Shown: positions 44,844 to 55,446, counted from the stretch's first letter. The stretch: DNA of 64,000 nucleotides from Sphingomonas sanxanigenens (GCA_037190805.1 JBBCJR010000021.1:32735-96734); one strand, 5' to 3'. The notes: generated from the sequence alone by a model not told the origin. Numbers and translations: made by a program.

Positions 44844-47108
44844 ATGTACGTTATCGGCGCAGATCGATCCAAGGCAGCCACAAAATTTCTAACGGGTGTA
44901 GCCATAATAGCCTTCGGATATTCCATTAGTGCTGCCGCTCAAACTCCCGAGCAAGCGGTGGATCAGGGTGATCATAACGCCCCGATCGTCGTGATCGGCA
45001 CGAAAGAGGATGCGCGCCTTTCGACAGGATCGGCCGTCGTGATTGACAAGGCGGACCTCGAAGTTTTCGAATATGCTAATATTCACAGTATCCTGCGTTC
45101 TGCACCTGGTGTCTATGTGCGGGAGGAGGATGGCGTGGGTACCTTTCCGCGTATCGGCATCCGCGCGTCGTCTTCGGGACGCAGCGACCGTATCTCGATC
45201 ATGGAGGACGGCATTCCGGCAGCGATGTCTGTCTATGCCAACAACTCCGCCTATTACTTTCCGACCGCCGGACGTATGAGCGGTATCGAGGTTCTCAAGG
45301 GACCGGAAATCCTTCGCTACGGTCCACAAACGACATCTGGAGCGATCAATCTCCTATCGACCCCAATTCCCGATTCAGCTGCGGGCTTTCTCAACGCCGA
45401 AGTCGGCACCTGGGATACGCGTCGCATCCATAGCTGGGCGGGCGGAACCTTTGGGCAGTTCGGTGTGCTGGTCGAAACCTATCAGAGCCGCACCGACGGC
45501 TTTCACAAGATCGATCGTTCCGATCGGACAGCCGGCAACAATATCCGCGAATATATGGCAAAGCTGCGTTGGCGGGCGGCGGATGACGCGCCTATCCAGC
45601 AGCAGATCGACCTCAAGCTGTTCAAGGGCGACAATGCGGCGGACGTTTCCTATGTCGGCCTGACTGACGCCGATTTCCGTCGCAATCCCAACCGGCGCTA
45701 CGGTCTGACCGAACTGGAGCGGATGAATCAGGGGCGCAGATCCGCGAGCCTTCAGCATCAAATCCATTTCACGCCTGATATCTCGCTGATCTCGACCGGC
45801 TATGTGACCAAGACGTTCCGCAACTACCGGCGGGTCAACCAGATCAATGGCATTGGTCTCAGCACCTCCAACGGCATCACCTCGTTGATCAATCGGGGCG
45901 AAAACAGCCCTGCCAGTGCGGGCAATCTTACCCCGGCGCAACTTCAGGCTATTCTCGACGGCGCGATGGATACGACCCACGCCAACGGCATTCGCTACGG
46001 TCTGAACTTTCAATCCTTCATCTCCAAAGGACTGTCGTTCGAGGGGCGTGCGGTCTTTTCCACGGGCGGGATCGAGCATGAGCTGATGGGTGGTGTGCGC
46101 CTGCACAAGGACACGACAAAAAACACGGCCACCCTATCCAACCCGATCTATCGACAGGTTAGCGGCAGCCTGGTGACGGTCAGCGCTGGCACACCAGCGA
46201 CGCCGAGCGAGGGCTACGCGAAGGCGACATCCTTCTGGATCGCGGACCGCATTCGGATTGGCGACCTGATCCTGTTGCCTTTGCTGCGCCACGAAGACAT
46301 CCGCTCGGTGGCGAATGTCGATCTTACCACCAGCAACCGAAACGCGCTTAAGAAGACCACCTGGGGTGTCGGGCTCAATTACGAGGTTGGTACGCAATGG
46401 ACGCTGCTTGCCGGCGTTCACAAGGGCTTCGCGCCGCCAGGCTCCGGGGTGGCCATGGGTTCAAAGGGAGAAGAGAGCACGAATATCGAAGGCGGCATCC
46501 GTTTCCGCAACAACAGCTTCGGGGTCGACGTGATCGGCTTCTACACCGATTATGACAATGCGTTGCGCACCTGTATCGTTGCAAACCCTTGCACCGGCGG
46601 CCGTGTGGATGGCGTGCAGCAGGATGGAGCCAAGGAGGTGCATGGTCTCGAGGTGCTGGCCTATGGCAACCTCGTCGAAGGCAATGGCTTCCGGCTCCCG
46701 GTACAACTCGCCTACACATACACGGATGGCGAGTACAAACGCGCGGCCGACGTCGGAACGGCGGTGCGCAAGGGCGACGTGCTCGACAACACGCCAAAGC
46801 ATATCGGTCGCTTCCAGCTGGGACTGGATCACGACGCAGGCTTCAATTTCAACGTCGCGCTCAACTATCAGGATGGTGCGTGCGCTACCACCACCTGTGG
46901 TCGCCCCGGTGTGGATGCGCGCTTCCTGAGAACGCAGAGCCTGTTCACGATGGATCTGTCTGCCTCTTATGCGCTTACGGAGTCGGTCGATCTCTACGCA
47001 CGGGTCGAAAACCTGTTCGACGAGCAACGCATCACGCATCGCGGTGCCGATGGCGCAAGGGGCAATCCGGGGCGATACATCGGTGGTGGTCTGCGGGTGA
47101 ACTTCTGA
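44844..47108 (+). CDS. TonB-dependent receptor
   Basis: 754 aa with signal peptide. PIVVIGTKED; plug IEVLKGPEILRYGPQTTSGAINL; C-terminal YIGGGLRVNF. Confidence 0.85.
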   Translation: MYVIGADRSKAATKFLTGVAIIAFGYSISAAAQTPEQAVDQGDHNAPIVVIGTKEDARLSTGSAVVIDKADLEVFEYANIHSILRSAPGVYVREEDGVGTFPRIGIRASSSGRSDRISIMEDGIPAAMSVYANNSAYYFPTAGRMSGIEVLKGPEILRYGPQTTSGAINLLSTPIPDSAAGFLNAEVGTWDTRRIHSWAGGTFGQFGVLVETYQSRTDGFHKIDRSDRTAGNNIREYMAKLRWRAADDAPIQQQIDLKLFKGDNAADVSYVGLTDADFRRNPNRRYGLTELERMNQGRRSASLQHQIHFTPDISLISTGYVTKTFRNYRRVNQINGIGLSTSNGITSLINRGENSPASAGNLTPAQLQAILDGAMDTTHANGIRYGLNFQSFISKGLSFEGRAVFSTGGIEHELMGGVRLHKDTTKNTATLSNPIYRQVSGSLVTVSAGTPATPSEGYAKATSFWIADRIRIGDLILLPLLRHEDIRSVANVDLTTSNRNALKKTTWGVGLNYEVGTQWTLLAGVHKGFAPPGSGVAMGSKGEESTNIEGGIRFRNNSFGVDVIGFYTDYDNALRTCIVANPCTGGRVDGVQQDGAKEVHGLEVLAYGNLVEGNGFRLPVQLAYTYTDGEYKRAADVGTAVRKGDVLDNTPKHIGRFQLGLDHDAGFNFNVALNYQDGACATTTCGRPGVDARFLRTQSLFTMDLSASYALTESVDLYARVENLFDEQRITHRGADGARGNPGRYIGGGLRVNF

Positions 47109-47113
47109 CGACA

Positions 47114-47145
47114 CACCCGCGCGTCCCTGCCTGGACGCGCGGGTG
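47114..47145 (+). terminator. Strong GC-rich hairpin after the TonB receptor gene
   Basis: Perfect 13-bp stem CACCCGCGCGTCC / GGACGCGCGGGTG with a 6-nt loop, starting 6 nt after the stop. It is followed by ACCTTCTCT. Confidence 0.5.
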
Positions 47146-47166
47146 ACCTTCTCTGAGGACGGCTAG

Positions 47167-47697
47167 ATGGCCAATGATCATCTGATATTCCGTAAGCGGA
47201 CGATCCATGAACGCCGGGCGATCCGTTTCATCCGCGGCGAAACCATTTCCTTCGGCTGCATTCGCCCGGAAGAGAGCAAAGGGGACCCTGCGACGGATGA
47301 AGATGCTCTTGCCCGCTACCGCCATGCGCATTTCGGATGTCTGCGGCAGTTTTCTCGTCGCAACGGGTTGGAAATCAGGCCTGTAGAGGCGCCCTATATC
47401 GCTCCTGGTGAATGGGCCCTCCTGCGCTGGTTGGCCGAGGCGCAGCGCCAGGTCGGATTGCACAGCTGTGACATTCATGATCTCGGCCTGACGACCTCGA
47501 TCCGCACCTGTGCCGCCATTCTGACAACATTGGGGGTGCGACTGCCGATCGCGGCGCTACGCACAGCGTCAATTTCCTGTGACCGGTCGCAAATGATCAA
47601 CCCTGTGGTACACGGACAAACCGATCAGATCGCCAACTCTCCTGGCCACACGCGATTTAGGGGCTATTCCCCAACACTCTTCGAGAACCGGGCGTGA
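47167..47697 (+). CDS. Hypothetical protein (176 aa), translationally coupled to the response regulator
   Basis: SD GAGGA lies 7 nt before ATG 47167. The stop overlaps the regulator's GTG start (GTGA). No signal peptide, TM segment or recognisable family. Confidence 0.5.
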   Translation: MANDHLIFRKRTIHERRAIRFIRGETISFGCIRPEESKGDPATDEDALARYRHAHFGCLRQFSRRNGLEIRPVEAPYIAPGEWALLRWLAEAQRQVGLHSCDIHDLGLTTSIRTCAAILTTLGVRLPIAALRTASISCDRSQMINPVVHGQTDQIANSPGHTRFRGYSPTLFENRA

Positions 47698-48377
47698 GAA
47701 TCCTGCTTATTGAAGATGACCAGAAGACGGGTCACTTTATTGCTCGTGGTTTTACCGACCTTGGCCATACGGTCGATTGGTCCGAAGATGGGATCGAGGG
47801 CCTGTCGAAGGCGACTGAGGGCCGTTTTGACGTCATGGTCGTTGACCGGATGCTGCCCGGGCGATCCGGCTTCTCGGTGGTAGCGGCGCTTCGCTCTCAA
47901 GGAATCAAGACACCAATTCTTGTCCTCACCGCTCTGTCGGCCGTGGAGGAAAGGGTAGAAGGCCTGGAAGCCGGGGCAGATGACTATCTCGGCAAACCTT
48001 TCGCCTTCAGCGAATTGTTGGCCCGCGTGCGTGCCCTTCATCGTCGCAGTACAGATGCCGGCGAGATGGAGCGCGACCAGATCAGTGTGGGTGATCTCCA
48101 CGTCGACTTCCGTAACCGGCATGTCACTCGGTCCGGGCGGCGGTTGGACTTAACGCCGCAGGAATACAGGCTGCTGGAGTTTTTTATTCGCAGGGGGGGG
48201 CAGACCGTAACCCGAGCCATGCTGCTGGAGGGGCTGTGGAGCTACGATTTCGATACACGGACCAACATCATCGATGCTCATGTCAGCCGGTTGCGCGCGA
48301 AGATCGATCGCGGCTTCGACAAGCAATTGCTGCGAACTCTGCGCGGCGTGGGATATGTTCTCGATGCGGAAGACTAG
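47694..48377 (+). CDS. OmpR-family response regulator
   Basis: GTG 47694. Receiver domain with DVMVVDRMLPGRSG. Winged helix LTPQEYRLLEFF...RGVGYVL. Confidence 0.9.
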   Translation: MRILLIEDDQKTGHFIARGFTDLGHTVDWSEDGIEGLSKATEGRFDVMVVDRMLPGRSGFSVVAALRSQGIKTPILVLTALSAVEERVEGLEAGADDYLGKPFAFSELLARVRALHRRSTDAGEMERDQISVGDLHVDFRNRHVTRSGRRLDLTPQEYRLLEFFIRRGGQTVTRAMLLEGLWSYDFDTRTNIIDAHVSRLRAKIDRGFDKQLLRTLRGVGYVLDAED

Positions 48378-49752
48378 GCGATTGTCGCGGCTATGGCGGA
48401 CGGCGACCTTCCGCCTCGCCATTGTCTTCGCATCAATCTTCGGGATTGGGGCTGCGGCGATGCTGCAGTTGCTCGATTTCGGCATCGCTCGCTACGCGGA
48501 GGACGAACTGCGCGATGCCTTGCGCCACCAGATGGCGATCATGCGCGCCGATGCGCAACTGGAGGGCAGCGCAGCACTGGTCAAGATTCTGACGGAGCAT
48601 GTCCGTACGGACAGGATCAACCGCTATCGTTATCTGGTCATTCCGCGGTCCGGCTCCGCGTTCGACAGCGGAATTCCCCGCACTGCCGTTCGCATCGACG
48701 GTTTTGCGACGATCGAGGCAATGGCAAGCGACATCTCGCCGATCCCAGGGCAGGGCCAGGTCGAGATGCTCGTCCTGACCGAACGCCTGGCGGACGGCAC
48801 ATTCATGGCCGTCGGCCGCGAAAGCTCTTCACTCAATGCGCTGCGAGCCGGCCTCCACCGGGTGGTCATATGGGGCGGCATCGGCCTTATCCTGCTGGCG
48901 GCAACCGCCGGCATCGTCGCTGGATCATTGTTCCTGCGACGACTGGAGCTGGTCAACGACACGACGGGCCGGATCATGGAGGGGAATCTTTCACAAAGAA
49001 TACCCTCGATAGGATTTGGTCAGGAATTTCTTGATCTTACCAATAATTTGAATGGAATGCTCGACCGACTCGAAGCTGCCATGACTGTCATGCGTCAAAT
49101 ATCCACCGATCTGGCCCATGATCTACGCATGCCGCTGACGAGGCTTCGAAATCGCCTGGAGGAAATCAAACCCTCCTCCGAAATCCAGGCATGCCAGATC
49201 GAAAGCGCGATCGCGGAAGCAGACGAGCTTCTCATATTGTTCAATGCCATGCTGAGGCTCGCTCGGGTTGAAGCCGGCAATACACCATCGGACATGGTCC
49301 TGGTTGATCTGGGCGCGCTGATCAAACGGGCCATCGATGCTTATCAACCGGCGGCCGAAGAGGGTGGGCGGGTGTTGGTGGCGCAAGCGGAAGGGACGCA
49401 CGAGATGCGTGGCGACCCGGCTCTGCTCACCCAACTGATCGCCAATCTTATCGATAATGGGCTTTGCCACACTCCTCCCGGAACGAAAATCGAGGTCGAG
49501 GCGCGTTCATCATCCGAAGGCACGTTGCTGATCGTGAAAGACGATGGGCCCGGTGTACCCGAGGCGGAGCTACCTAACCTTCCAACCCGCTTCTATCGTG
49601 TCGATCACAGTCGGAACCGCCCGGGCACGGGGCTCGGCCTGACACTGACTGCAGCGATCGTCGAGCTGCACCATGGCACCATGCGCATCACCAATCGAAA
49701 TCCGGGCCTACGCGTCGAAATATCATTGCCGCCTGCGGCCACCCAGAAATGA
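48355..49752 (+). CDS. Sensor histidine kinase
   Basis: ATG 48355 or 48364, overlapping the regulator stop. Two TM segments, HAMP domain, H-box ISTDLAHDLRMPLT, and LIDNGLCHTP, DDGPGVP, GTGLGLTL. Confidence 0.85.
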   Translation: MFSMRKTRRLSRLWRTATFRLAIVFASIFGIGAAAMLQLLDFGIARYAEDELRDALRHQMAIMRADAQLEGSAALVKILTEHVRTDRINRYRYLVIPRSGSAFDSGIPRTAVRIDGFATIEAMASDISPIPGQGQVEMLVLTERLADGTFMAVGRESSSLNALRAGLHRVVIWGGIGLILLAATAGIVAGSLFLRRLELVNDTTGRIMEGNLSQRIPSIGFGQEFLDLTNNLNGMLDRLEAAMTVMRQISTDLAHDLRMPLTRLRNRLEEIKPSSEIQACQIESAIAEADELLILFNAMLRLARVEAGNTPSDMVLVDLGALIKRAIDAYQPAAEEGGRVLVAQAEGTHEMRGDPALLTQLIANLIDNGLCHTPPGTKIEVEARSSSEGTLLIVKDDGPGVPEAELPNLPTRFYRVDHSRNRPGTGLGLTLTAAIVELHHGTMRITNRNPGLRVEISLPPAATQK

Positions 49753-49801
49753 CCAGTAGGCCGGGCAGGGGTCCGTTCCTACACATCGAGGAGATCAATC
49801 C

Positions 49802-50836
49802 GTGACACCACGTCTTTCGATCGCTGCCGTCCTGGCAGCCCTGCTGACGACAAGCTGCTCTGGCGGTGCCGACAACGCCAAAGTTCAGGAGGTGAACCTC
49901 TATTCGGCGCGTCATTATGACAGCGACTTGCCTCTGTATGAGCGCTTCGCCAAGGAGACGGGAATCAAGGTCAATCGCATAGAGGGCAATGCCGATCAGC
50001 TTGTCGCCCGCATGCGAAGCGAAGGCAAGAACAGCCCGGCCGACTTGTTCATCGCCGCCGATGCCGGTGCCTTGTGGCGTGCCGATCAAGCCGGCTTGTT
50101 TCAGCCTGTCCAGTCCGAGACGTTGAACGAACGCGTCCCGGCCAGTCTTCGTCAGCCGGACGGGCACTGGTACGGCTTTACCCGGCGAGCTCGCGTCGTG
50201 GCTTACGATAGTGCGAAGGTGCGTCCGCAGGAGGTCGACGATTACGCAAAGCTCTCCGGCCCTCGCTTCAAAGGCAAGATCTGCGTGCGATCCTCCGACA
50301 GCGTCTACAACCTCTCCCTGGTTGGCGCGGTTATCGAAGCCCTGGGCCAGGATGGCGCAAGCCAGTGGGTGCATGGGATCGTCGCCAACATGGCGCGGCC
50401 ACCGGAAGGCGGCGATCGCGATCAGATCCGCGCTGTCGCCGCAGGCGTCTGCGAGGTCGCGTTGACCAACAGCTATTACTATATCCGCATGGCAAATGGC
50501 GATGACGAGGCTGACCGCAAGATCACCGAACGCGTTAAGCTCGCCTTCCCGAGCCTCGACGGCAAGGGCGCGCACGTCAACATCTCGGGCGGCGGAGTCG
50601 TCGCCAACGCGCCCAACCGGAATAATGCGATCAAGCTTCTGGAATTCCTCGCCTCCGCGGATGCGCAGCGCCATATCTCGGCCAACAACAATGAGTTCCC
50701 CGCTTCTCCCGACGTCGCGGCACCTCCGCCAGTCGATGCCTATGCGGATTTCACGGCTAATCCGATGAGCGCCGCCGCCTTCGCGGCGCGGCAGCCCGAA
50801 GCGCAAACGCTGATGAGCGCGGCCGGTTGGCGGTAG
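49802..50836 (+). CDS. Fe(3+) ABC transporter substrate-binding protein (FbpA/AfuA-like)
   Basis: GTG 49802. Lipoprotein-like LLTTSCSGG. NLYSARHYDSD and FIAADAG. Confidence 0.85.
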   Translation: MTPRLSIAAVLAALLTTSCSGGADNAKVQEVNLYSARHYDSDLPLYERFAKETGIKVNRIEGNADQLVARMRSEGKNSPADLFIAADAGALWRADQAGLFQPVQSETLNERVPASLRQPDGHWYGFTRRARVVAYDSAKVRPQEVDDYAKLSGPRFKGKICVRSSDSVYNLSLVGAVIEALGQDGASQWVHGIVANMARPPEGGDRDQIRAVAAGVCEVALTNSYYYIRMANGDDEADRKITERVKLAFPSLDGKGAHVNISGGGVVANAPNRNNAIKLLEFLASADAQRHISANNNEFPASPDVAAPPPVDAYADFTANPMSAAAFAARQPEAQTLMSAAGWR

Positions 50837-52410
50837 CGGCTTTGGCCGTTCATCGTCGGCGCCCCTCACTTCCGGTAACGTTGGCGGCGTTCGTCGGCCT
50901 GGTAGCCATGCTGCCGTTGGTCGGCGTCGCCGCCGCCGCGCTGTTTGGCGAGACTGCGGACATCGCCCTGCGCGATATCCTGCGCTACGCGGCGACCTCG
51001 GCATGGCTGGCGGTGCTTGTCGGCATCATCACGGCCATTCTCGGCACGTTGGCGGCGTGGCTGGTCGTTATGCACCGCTTTCCGGGCCGTGACGTCTTCG
51101 CCTGGGCGCTGGCTTTGCCGCTGGCGGTTCCAGCCTTCGCCTTGGCTTACGCCTATGCCGATCTGTTCGACGTCGCGGGGCCATTGCGAATTTGGATGCG
51201 CGAAGCGTTCGGCTTCGATCTGCCGTTCGAGATGCGCGGAATGGGTGGGGCGGCGTTTATACTCTCCTGTGCCTTCTACCCTTATGTCTATCTCGCAATG
51301 CGCGCTGCGTTTCTCAACCAGTCGATGAACGTGCTGGAAGCGGCCAGAATGCTCGGATGCGGCGGCTGGCGCGCGCTGCATCGCGTGGCCTTGCCGATGG
51401 CGCGCCCGGCACTGGCCGCTGGCGTTGCGCTGGCGGTGATGGAAACGCTTGCCGACTATGGCGCGGTGCAGTTTCTCAGCGTGCAGACATTGACGACTGG
51501 TGTGGTGCGCGCCTGGTCGGTTTACGGTTCGACAGTCAGTGCCGCCCGTTTCGCCCTGCCGCTCCTCGCCGCCGCCGCGCTGTTGCTGTGGATCGAGCGT
51601 CGTGGTCGCAAGGGGCGCACGCATGAAGCGGGCAGTGGGCGATGGCGTGTCCTTGACCAGACGCCTTTGTCCGGCCTTTCGGCCGGGCTCGCCGCGGCTT
51701 TCTGCATCTTGCTTTTCACGGCAGGGCTATTGCTACCGGTCGGATGGCTGCTCGTGAACGCGCTGAACGTCACCCCAGACTGGCCGCGCCTCCTGCGCGC
51801 TGGAACGCATAGTCTGACCCTTGGCATCATCGGCGCATTCGTCACGGTCGTCCTCGCGACCACCCTGGCGCTTGGCGGGCGCCGGCTGCCGATCGCTACG
51901 CGCCTCGCCAGCCTCGGTTATGCGACGCCGGGTGCGGTGATGGCAATCGGCCTGCTCACACCTGCTGGCCTGATCTGGAGCCTGATGCCCGATTCCGGTT
52001 ACGTGATCGCCATAGCCCTTCTCATCTACGCCTATGCGGCGCGGTTGATGGCGGCAGCGCTCGAACCAATCGATGCCGGTCTCGCCCGCGTGACGCCATC
52101 GATGATCCAGAGCGCGCGAAGTCTTGGTCGCAGTGAAGCCGGTGCCGCGCTGGCCGTGGAATTGCCGGTGGTACGGGGCGCCATGCTGACCGCAGGACTG
52201 ATCGTCTTCATCGACATCCTGAAGGAATTGCCCGCGACCCTGATCCTGCGACCGTTCAATTTCGACACATTGGCGGTAACTGCCAGCAATTACGCGCTTG
52301 ATGAGCGGCTGGAGCAGGCGGGAGCACCTTCGATTCTGATTGTTCTACTGTCACTGCCAGCGGTGATCTGGCTGACGCGCAAGATTGCTCTATCGCGGCC
52401 CGGCTCCTAG
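50827..52410 (+). CDS. Iron ABC transporter permease (FbpB-like, duplicated permease domain)
   Basis: 527 aa with about 12 TM segments. The start is uncertain: TTG 50827 overlapping the upstream stop, or ATG 50908. Confidence 0.85.
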   Translation: MAVAALAVHRRRPSLPVTLAAFVGLVAMLPLVGVAAAALFGETADIALRDILRYAATSAWLAVLVGIITAILGTLAAWLVVMHRFPGRDVFAWALALPLAVPAFALAYAYADLFDVAGPLRIWMREAFGFDLPFEMRGMGGAAFILSCAFYPYVYLAMRAAFLNQSMNVLEAARMLGCGGWRALHRVALPMARPALAAGVALAVMETLADYGAVQFLSVQTLTTGVVRAWSVYGSTVSAARFALPLLAAAALLLWIERRGRKGRTHEAGSGRWRVLDQTPLSGLSAGLAAAFCILLFTAGLLLPVGWLLVNALNVTPDWPRLLRAGTHSLTLGIIGAFVTVVLATTLALGGRRLPIATRLASLGYATPGAVMAIGLLTPAGLIWSLMPDSGYVIAIALLIYAYAARLMAAALEPIDAGLARVTPSMIQSARSLGRSEAGAALAVELPVVRGAMLTAGLIVFIDILKELPATLILRPFNFDTLAVTASNYALDERLEQAGAPSILIVLLSLPAVIWLTRKIALSRPGS

Positions 52411-52421
52411 GCAAGGTAGCG

Positions 52422-53444
52422 ATGCCATCATCAGCCCTGACAATCCGCAACGTTTCTCGCTTTTATGACGGTCGTGCGGTTGTAGCCCGAGCAAGCCTTG
52501 ATCTGCGCGCTGGCCGGATAACCTGCCTTCTCGGACCGTCGGGGTGCGGGAAAACTACACTGCTGCGGATGATCGCGGGCCTGGAACCCGTCGATGACGG
52601 CGAGATCGCGATTGGCGGTATACCGATGTCGACGCGCGAGGCGCTCATTTCGCCGGAGGATCGCGGCGTCGGATTGGTGTTTCAGGATTTTGCACTGTTC
52701 CCGCATTTGACCGTGGCGGACAATATCGGCTTTGGCTTGGCCGGCGTTGCCACCACAGAGCGTCACACACGTGTCGCGGCGCTGCTGGCGCGCTTTGACA
52801 TCGAACGCCTTCAGCATAGCTGGCCGCACATGCTTTCGGGTGGAGAGCAGCAGCGCGTCGCGATCGCGCGGGCGCTTGCGAGGGCGCCGGCCGTGCTGTT
52901 GCTCGATGAACCCTTCTCGGGCCTCGATGGACATCTGCGCGCGGCCGTGCGGCAATCGATGCTCTCCGATCTGCGTGCCGCCGGCACAGCCGTGCTGATC
53001 GTCACGCATGACCCGGAAGAAGCCATGCTGATGGCTGACGACCTTGTGCTGATGGCGGCCGGGCGCATCCTTCAGTTCGGTAATCCCGAGGAATGTTATC
53101 TACGGCCGACGTCCGAAGCGGCGGCGCGACTGCTTGGCGAGGTCTCGATCATTCCAGCAAGGATTATGAATGGTCTAGCGCATACCGCCTTCGGTCTACT
53201 GCCGGCACAGGAGTTTCCCGATTGCGAGGCAAGCATATTGGTTCGGCCCGAAGCGGTACGCCTTGACGATGCCGGCATGGCAGCGAACATTGTCGACGTT
53301 CGCTTCGTCGGCGCAGCCTGGGCCGTGGTCCTTTCGTCCGGGGATGCCGTTATCTCAGCCCGCATGCGGGGGGCGGTGCCTGGAATCGGTACGCGGGTAG
53401 GGGTGGCAATCGATACGGTGGGGACGGCGATCATCGCTGGGTGA
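52422..53444 (+). CDS. Iron ABC transporter ATP-binding protein (FbpC-like)
   Basis: Walker A GPSGCGKTT, signature LSGGEQQRVAIARAL, Walker B VLLLDEPFSGLD. Confidence 0.9.
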   Translation: MPSSALTIRNVSRFYDGRAVVARASLDLRAGRITCLLGPSGCGKTTLLRMIAGLEPVDDGEIAIGGIPMSTREALISPEDRGVGLVFQDFALFPHLTVADNIGFGLAGVATTERHTRVAALLARFDIERLQHSWPHMLSGGEQQRVAIARALARAPAVLLLDEPFSGLDGHLRAAVRQSMLSDLRAAGTAVLIVTHDPEEAMLMADDLVLMAAGRILQFGNPEECYLRPTSEAAARLLGEVSIIPARIMNGLAHTAFGLLPAQEFPDCEASILVRPEAVRLDDAGMAANIVDVRFVGAAWAVVLSSGDAVISARMRGAVPGIGTRVGVAIDTVGTAIIAG

Positions 53445-53520
53445 GAGCACCATGCGCGGCAATGCTGGTTGCGCGACAGCCTTTGGAAGCGACTCCCGCG
53501 CGTGTGGGAAGGGCAGATGT

Positions 53521-53922
53521 ATGGGTACGTCCGATCCGGGACGCAATCGTGCGGATGCGGCTTTGCGTCTCATCTGGTTCCTTGCCGGATTGCTCTGCGT
53601 AGGCTTGGGTTTTGTCGGCGCCTTTCTTCCATTGATGCCGACAACGATCTTCCTGATCCTGGCCGCGGGGTGTTTCGCCCGCTGCTCGCCGCGTCTCGAG
53701 TCATGGTTGCTCAATCATCCGCGCTTTGGCCCGTCCTTGAGGCTATGGCATGAACAGCGGGCAATTCCGCGCGGTGGCAAGATTGCCGCATGCATTGGTA
53801 TCACGCTCGGCTATGTTGTTTTTGTGAGGAGCGGGCATCCCTCTTTGGCCCTTGCTCTGGTTGTGGCCGTCATGCTCTTCCTGTGCGCCGGATGGATCGT
53901 AACGCGGCCCAATCCAAGGTGA
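53521..53922 (+). CDS. DUF454/YbaN-family inner membrane protein
   Basis: ATG 53521. LIWFLAGLLCVGLGFVGAFLPLMPTTIFLILAAGCFAR is the family hallmark. Confidence 0.7.
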   Translation: MGTSDPGRNRADAALRLIWFLAGLLCVGLGFVGAFLPLMPTTIFLILAAGCFARCSPRLESWLLNHPRFGPSLRLWHEQRAIPRGGKIAACIGITLGYVVFVRSGHPSLALALVVAVMLFLCAGWIVTRPNPR

Positions 53923-54063
53923 ATCGCAGAAGCGCTTCGGTTCCGCTCGCTGATTGAAGCCATGGGGTGCTTGGCCTTCTTCCCTGTCACGAAAGAGCAG
54001 GGCCGCCGTCCGACTGAATGCGTCATGCTCTGTTCTGTGAGGGCTGCTAGGCTGAGCCACTCG

Positions 54064-55446
54064 TCAGTGAAGGCGGGTATCGTGCTGCCCCCTGTCGGGC
54101 TCTTGCGATAGCTCGGGCAGTCTTATGGTGATCGAGAAGCCGTTATCTGATCGGAGCGTTGCGCTGCCCCCGTGGGCCGTGGCGATCGCGCCGACCAATG
54201 CGAGGCCGAGGCCATGACCCGATGTCGTGCGCGCTTGCTCCGCCCTTGCGAAGCGCTGAAACAATCTGCCGGCTTCGTTCCCGCCGACCCCTGGTCCGTT
54301 ATCTGACACCTCGCTTTCCACCGCGCCGTCGACATTGATCGCACGCAACGACACCATCGTTCCGGGTGGTGTATGGCGCAAGGCATTGTCGAACAGATTG
54401 GCGATTGCCTGGTTCAAAAGGCGCTGATCTCCATTCACGACAAGATCGGGAGCGATGTCGGATCGCAGATGATGGCCGCTTTCTTCGAAGTCGGGCCGGT
54501 AACTGTCCACTATCTGCTCCAGGAGGGATGTCAGGTCGACCCGGCGTCTTGGCAGGCGCTTCCCCATGCCCTCTACTTCTGCGATACGGAGAAGAGCCGC
54601 GAATATCTCGAGGAGTTCGGCGGCTTGGGCACGCGCATGCGCGATATGCCGAGCCTTTTCGGCAGGTTCGACCCCCTCGACCGCATTGTCGAGACTGGCA
54701 TAGAGCCGGGTGAGCGGTGTCCGTAGATCGTGCGCGACGTCGCTCGACACCTGGCGAAGATTGTCCATGAGACCGGCGATGCGGTCCAGCATGTCATTGA
54801 GCGTGCTTGCGAGCAGATCGAACTCGCTCCCGGATCCGTCGCGAGGGACGCGGCGAGACATGTCGCCATCGATGATCGCATGCGCGGTTGCATGGATGCG
54901 GGCAAGGCGGCGGCGGGTGATCCAGCCGATGAGGGCGGCCGCGCCGATGCCGGCCAGCAACATGGCGGTCAGCGCGCCTGCGAACAGTGTCACCAGCGCG
55001 CGATCCAGGGCGTTGAGATCGCTGCGATCGGCGGCGACGACAAGCGTGCCGCCTGCCACTTTCGTGGTCAGCGCCTGGGCGATGCCGGACCGATCGCCGC
55101 TACGATAATATAGGAACTCCTCATATCCTTCCTTGTCCGGAACCTGGGCAATCAAGTTGCCGGCAAGGCGCTCTCCAGCCGCCCCCAGAAGGAGATAGTC
55201 GAGACTGGCGGTGGATCGTGCGGCCTCACGACGCCGGATCGCTTCCGCGAGGCCAAGTATCCCGTCCTCATGCGCCTCAGCGATCAGCGCGGCTGTTTCC
55301 GTGGCGGTGCGATGATCGAGTTGCTCCTCCAGCGCTTCATGCGTGGTCTCGTAAGCGACTGCGCCAATGCTGATCGTCGCAAGGGCGAAGATCAACGCGA
55401 CCAGCACGACGAGCCCCGAGGTCGTGCGCCAGGGCTTCCCCAGCAT
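54064..55446 (-). CDS. Sensor histidine kinase (metal-efflux associated)
   Basis: 460 aa. TM-periplasmic-TM layout, HAMP domain, H-box VSSDVAHDLRTPLT, and LFDNALRHTP, DNGPGV, GHGLGLAL. Confidence 0.85.
   Translation of the reverse strand: MLGKPWRTTSGLVVLVALIFALATISIGAVAYETTHEALEEQLDHRTATETAALIAEAHEDGILGLAEAIRRREAARSTASLDYLLLGAAGERLAGNLIAQVPDKEGYEEFLYYRSGDRSGIAQALTTKVAGGTLVVAADRSDLNALDRALVTLFAGALTAMLLAGIGAAALIGWITRRRLARIHATAHAIIDGDMSRRVPRDGSGSEFDLLASTLNDMLDRIAGLMDNLRQVSSDVAHDLRTPLTRLYASLDNAVEGVEPAEKARHIAHARAQAAELLEIFAALLRIAEVEGMGKRLPRRRVDLTSLLEQIVDSYRPDFEESGHHLRSDIAPDLVVNGDQRLLNQAIANLFDNALRHTPPGTMVSLRAINVDGAVESEVSDNGPGVGGNEAGRLFQRFARAEQARTTSGHGLGLALVGAIATAHGGSATLRSDNGFSITIRLPELSQEPDRGQHDTRLH

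Noticed and set aside
49688-51624. 438-aa and 252-aa minus-strand ORFs
   Set aside because: They are antisense to the FbpA-like and FbpB-like genes and have arginine-rich low-complexity composition.
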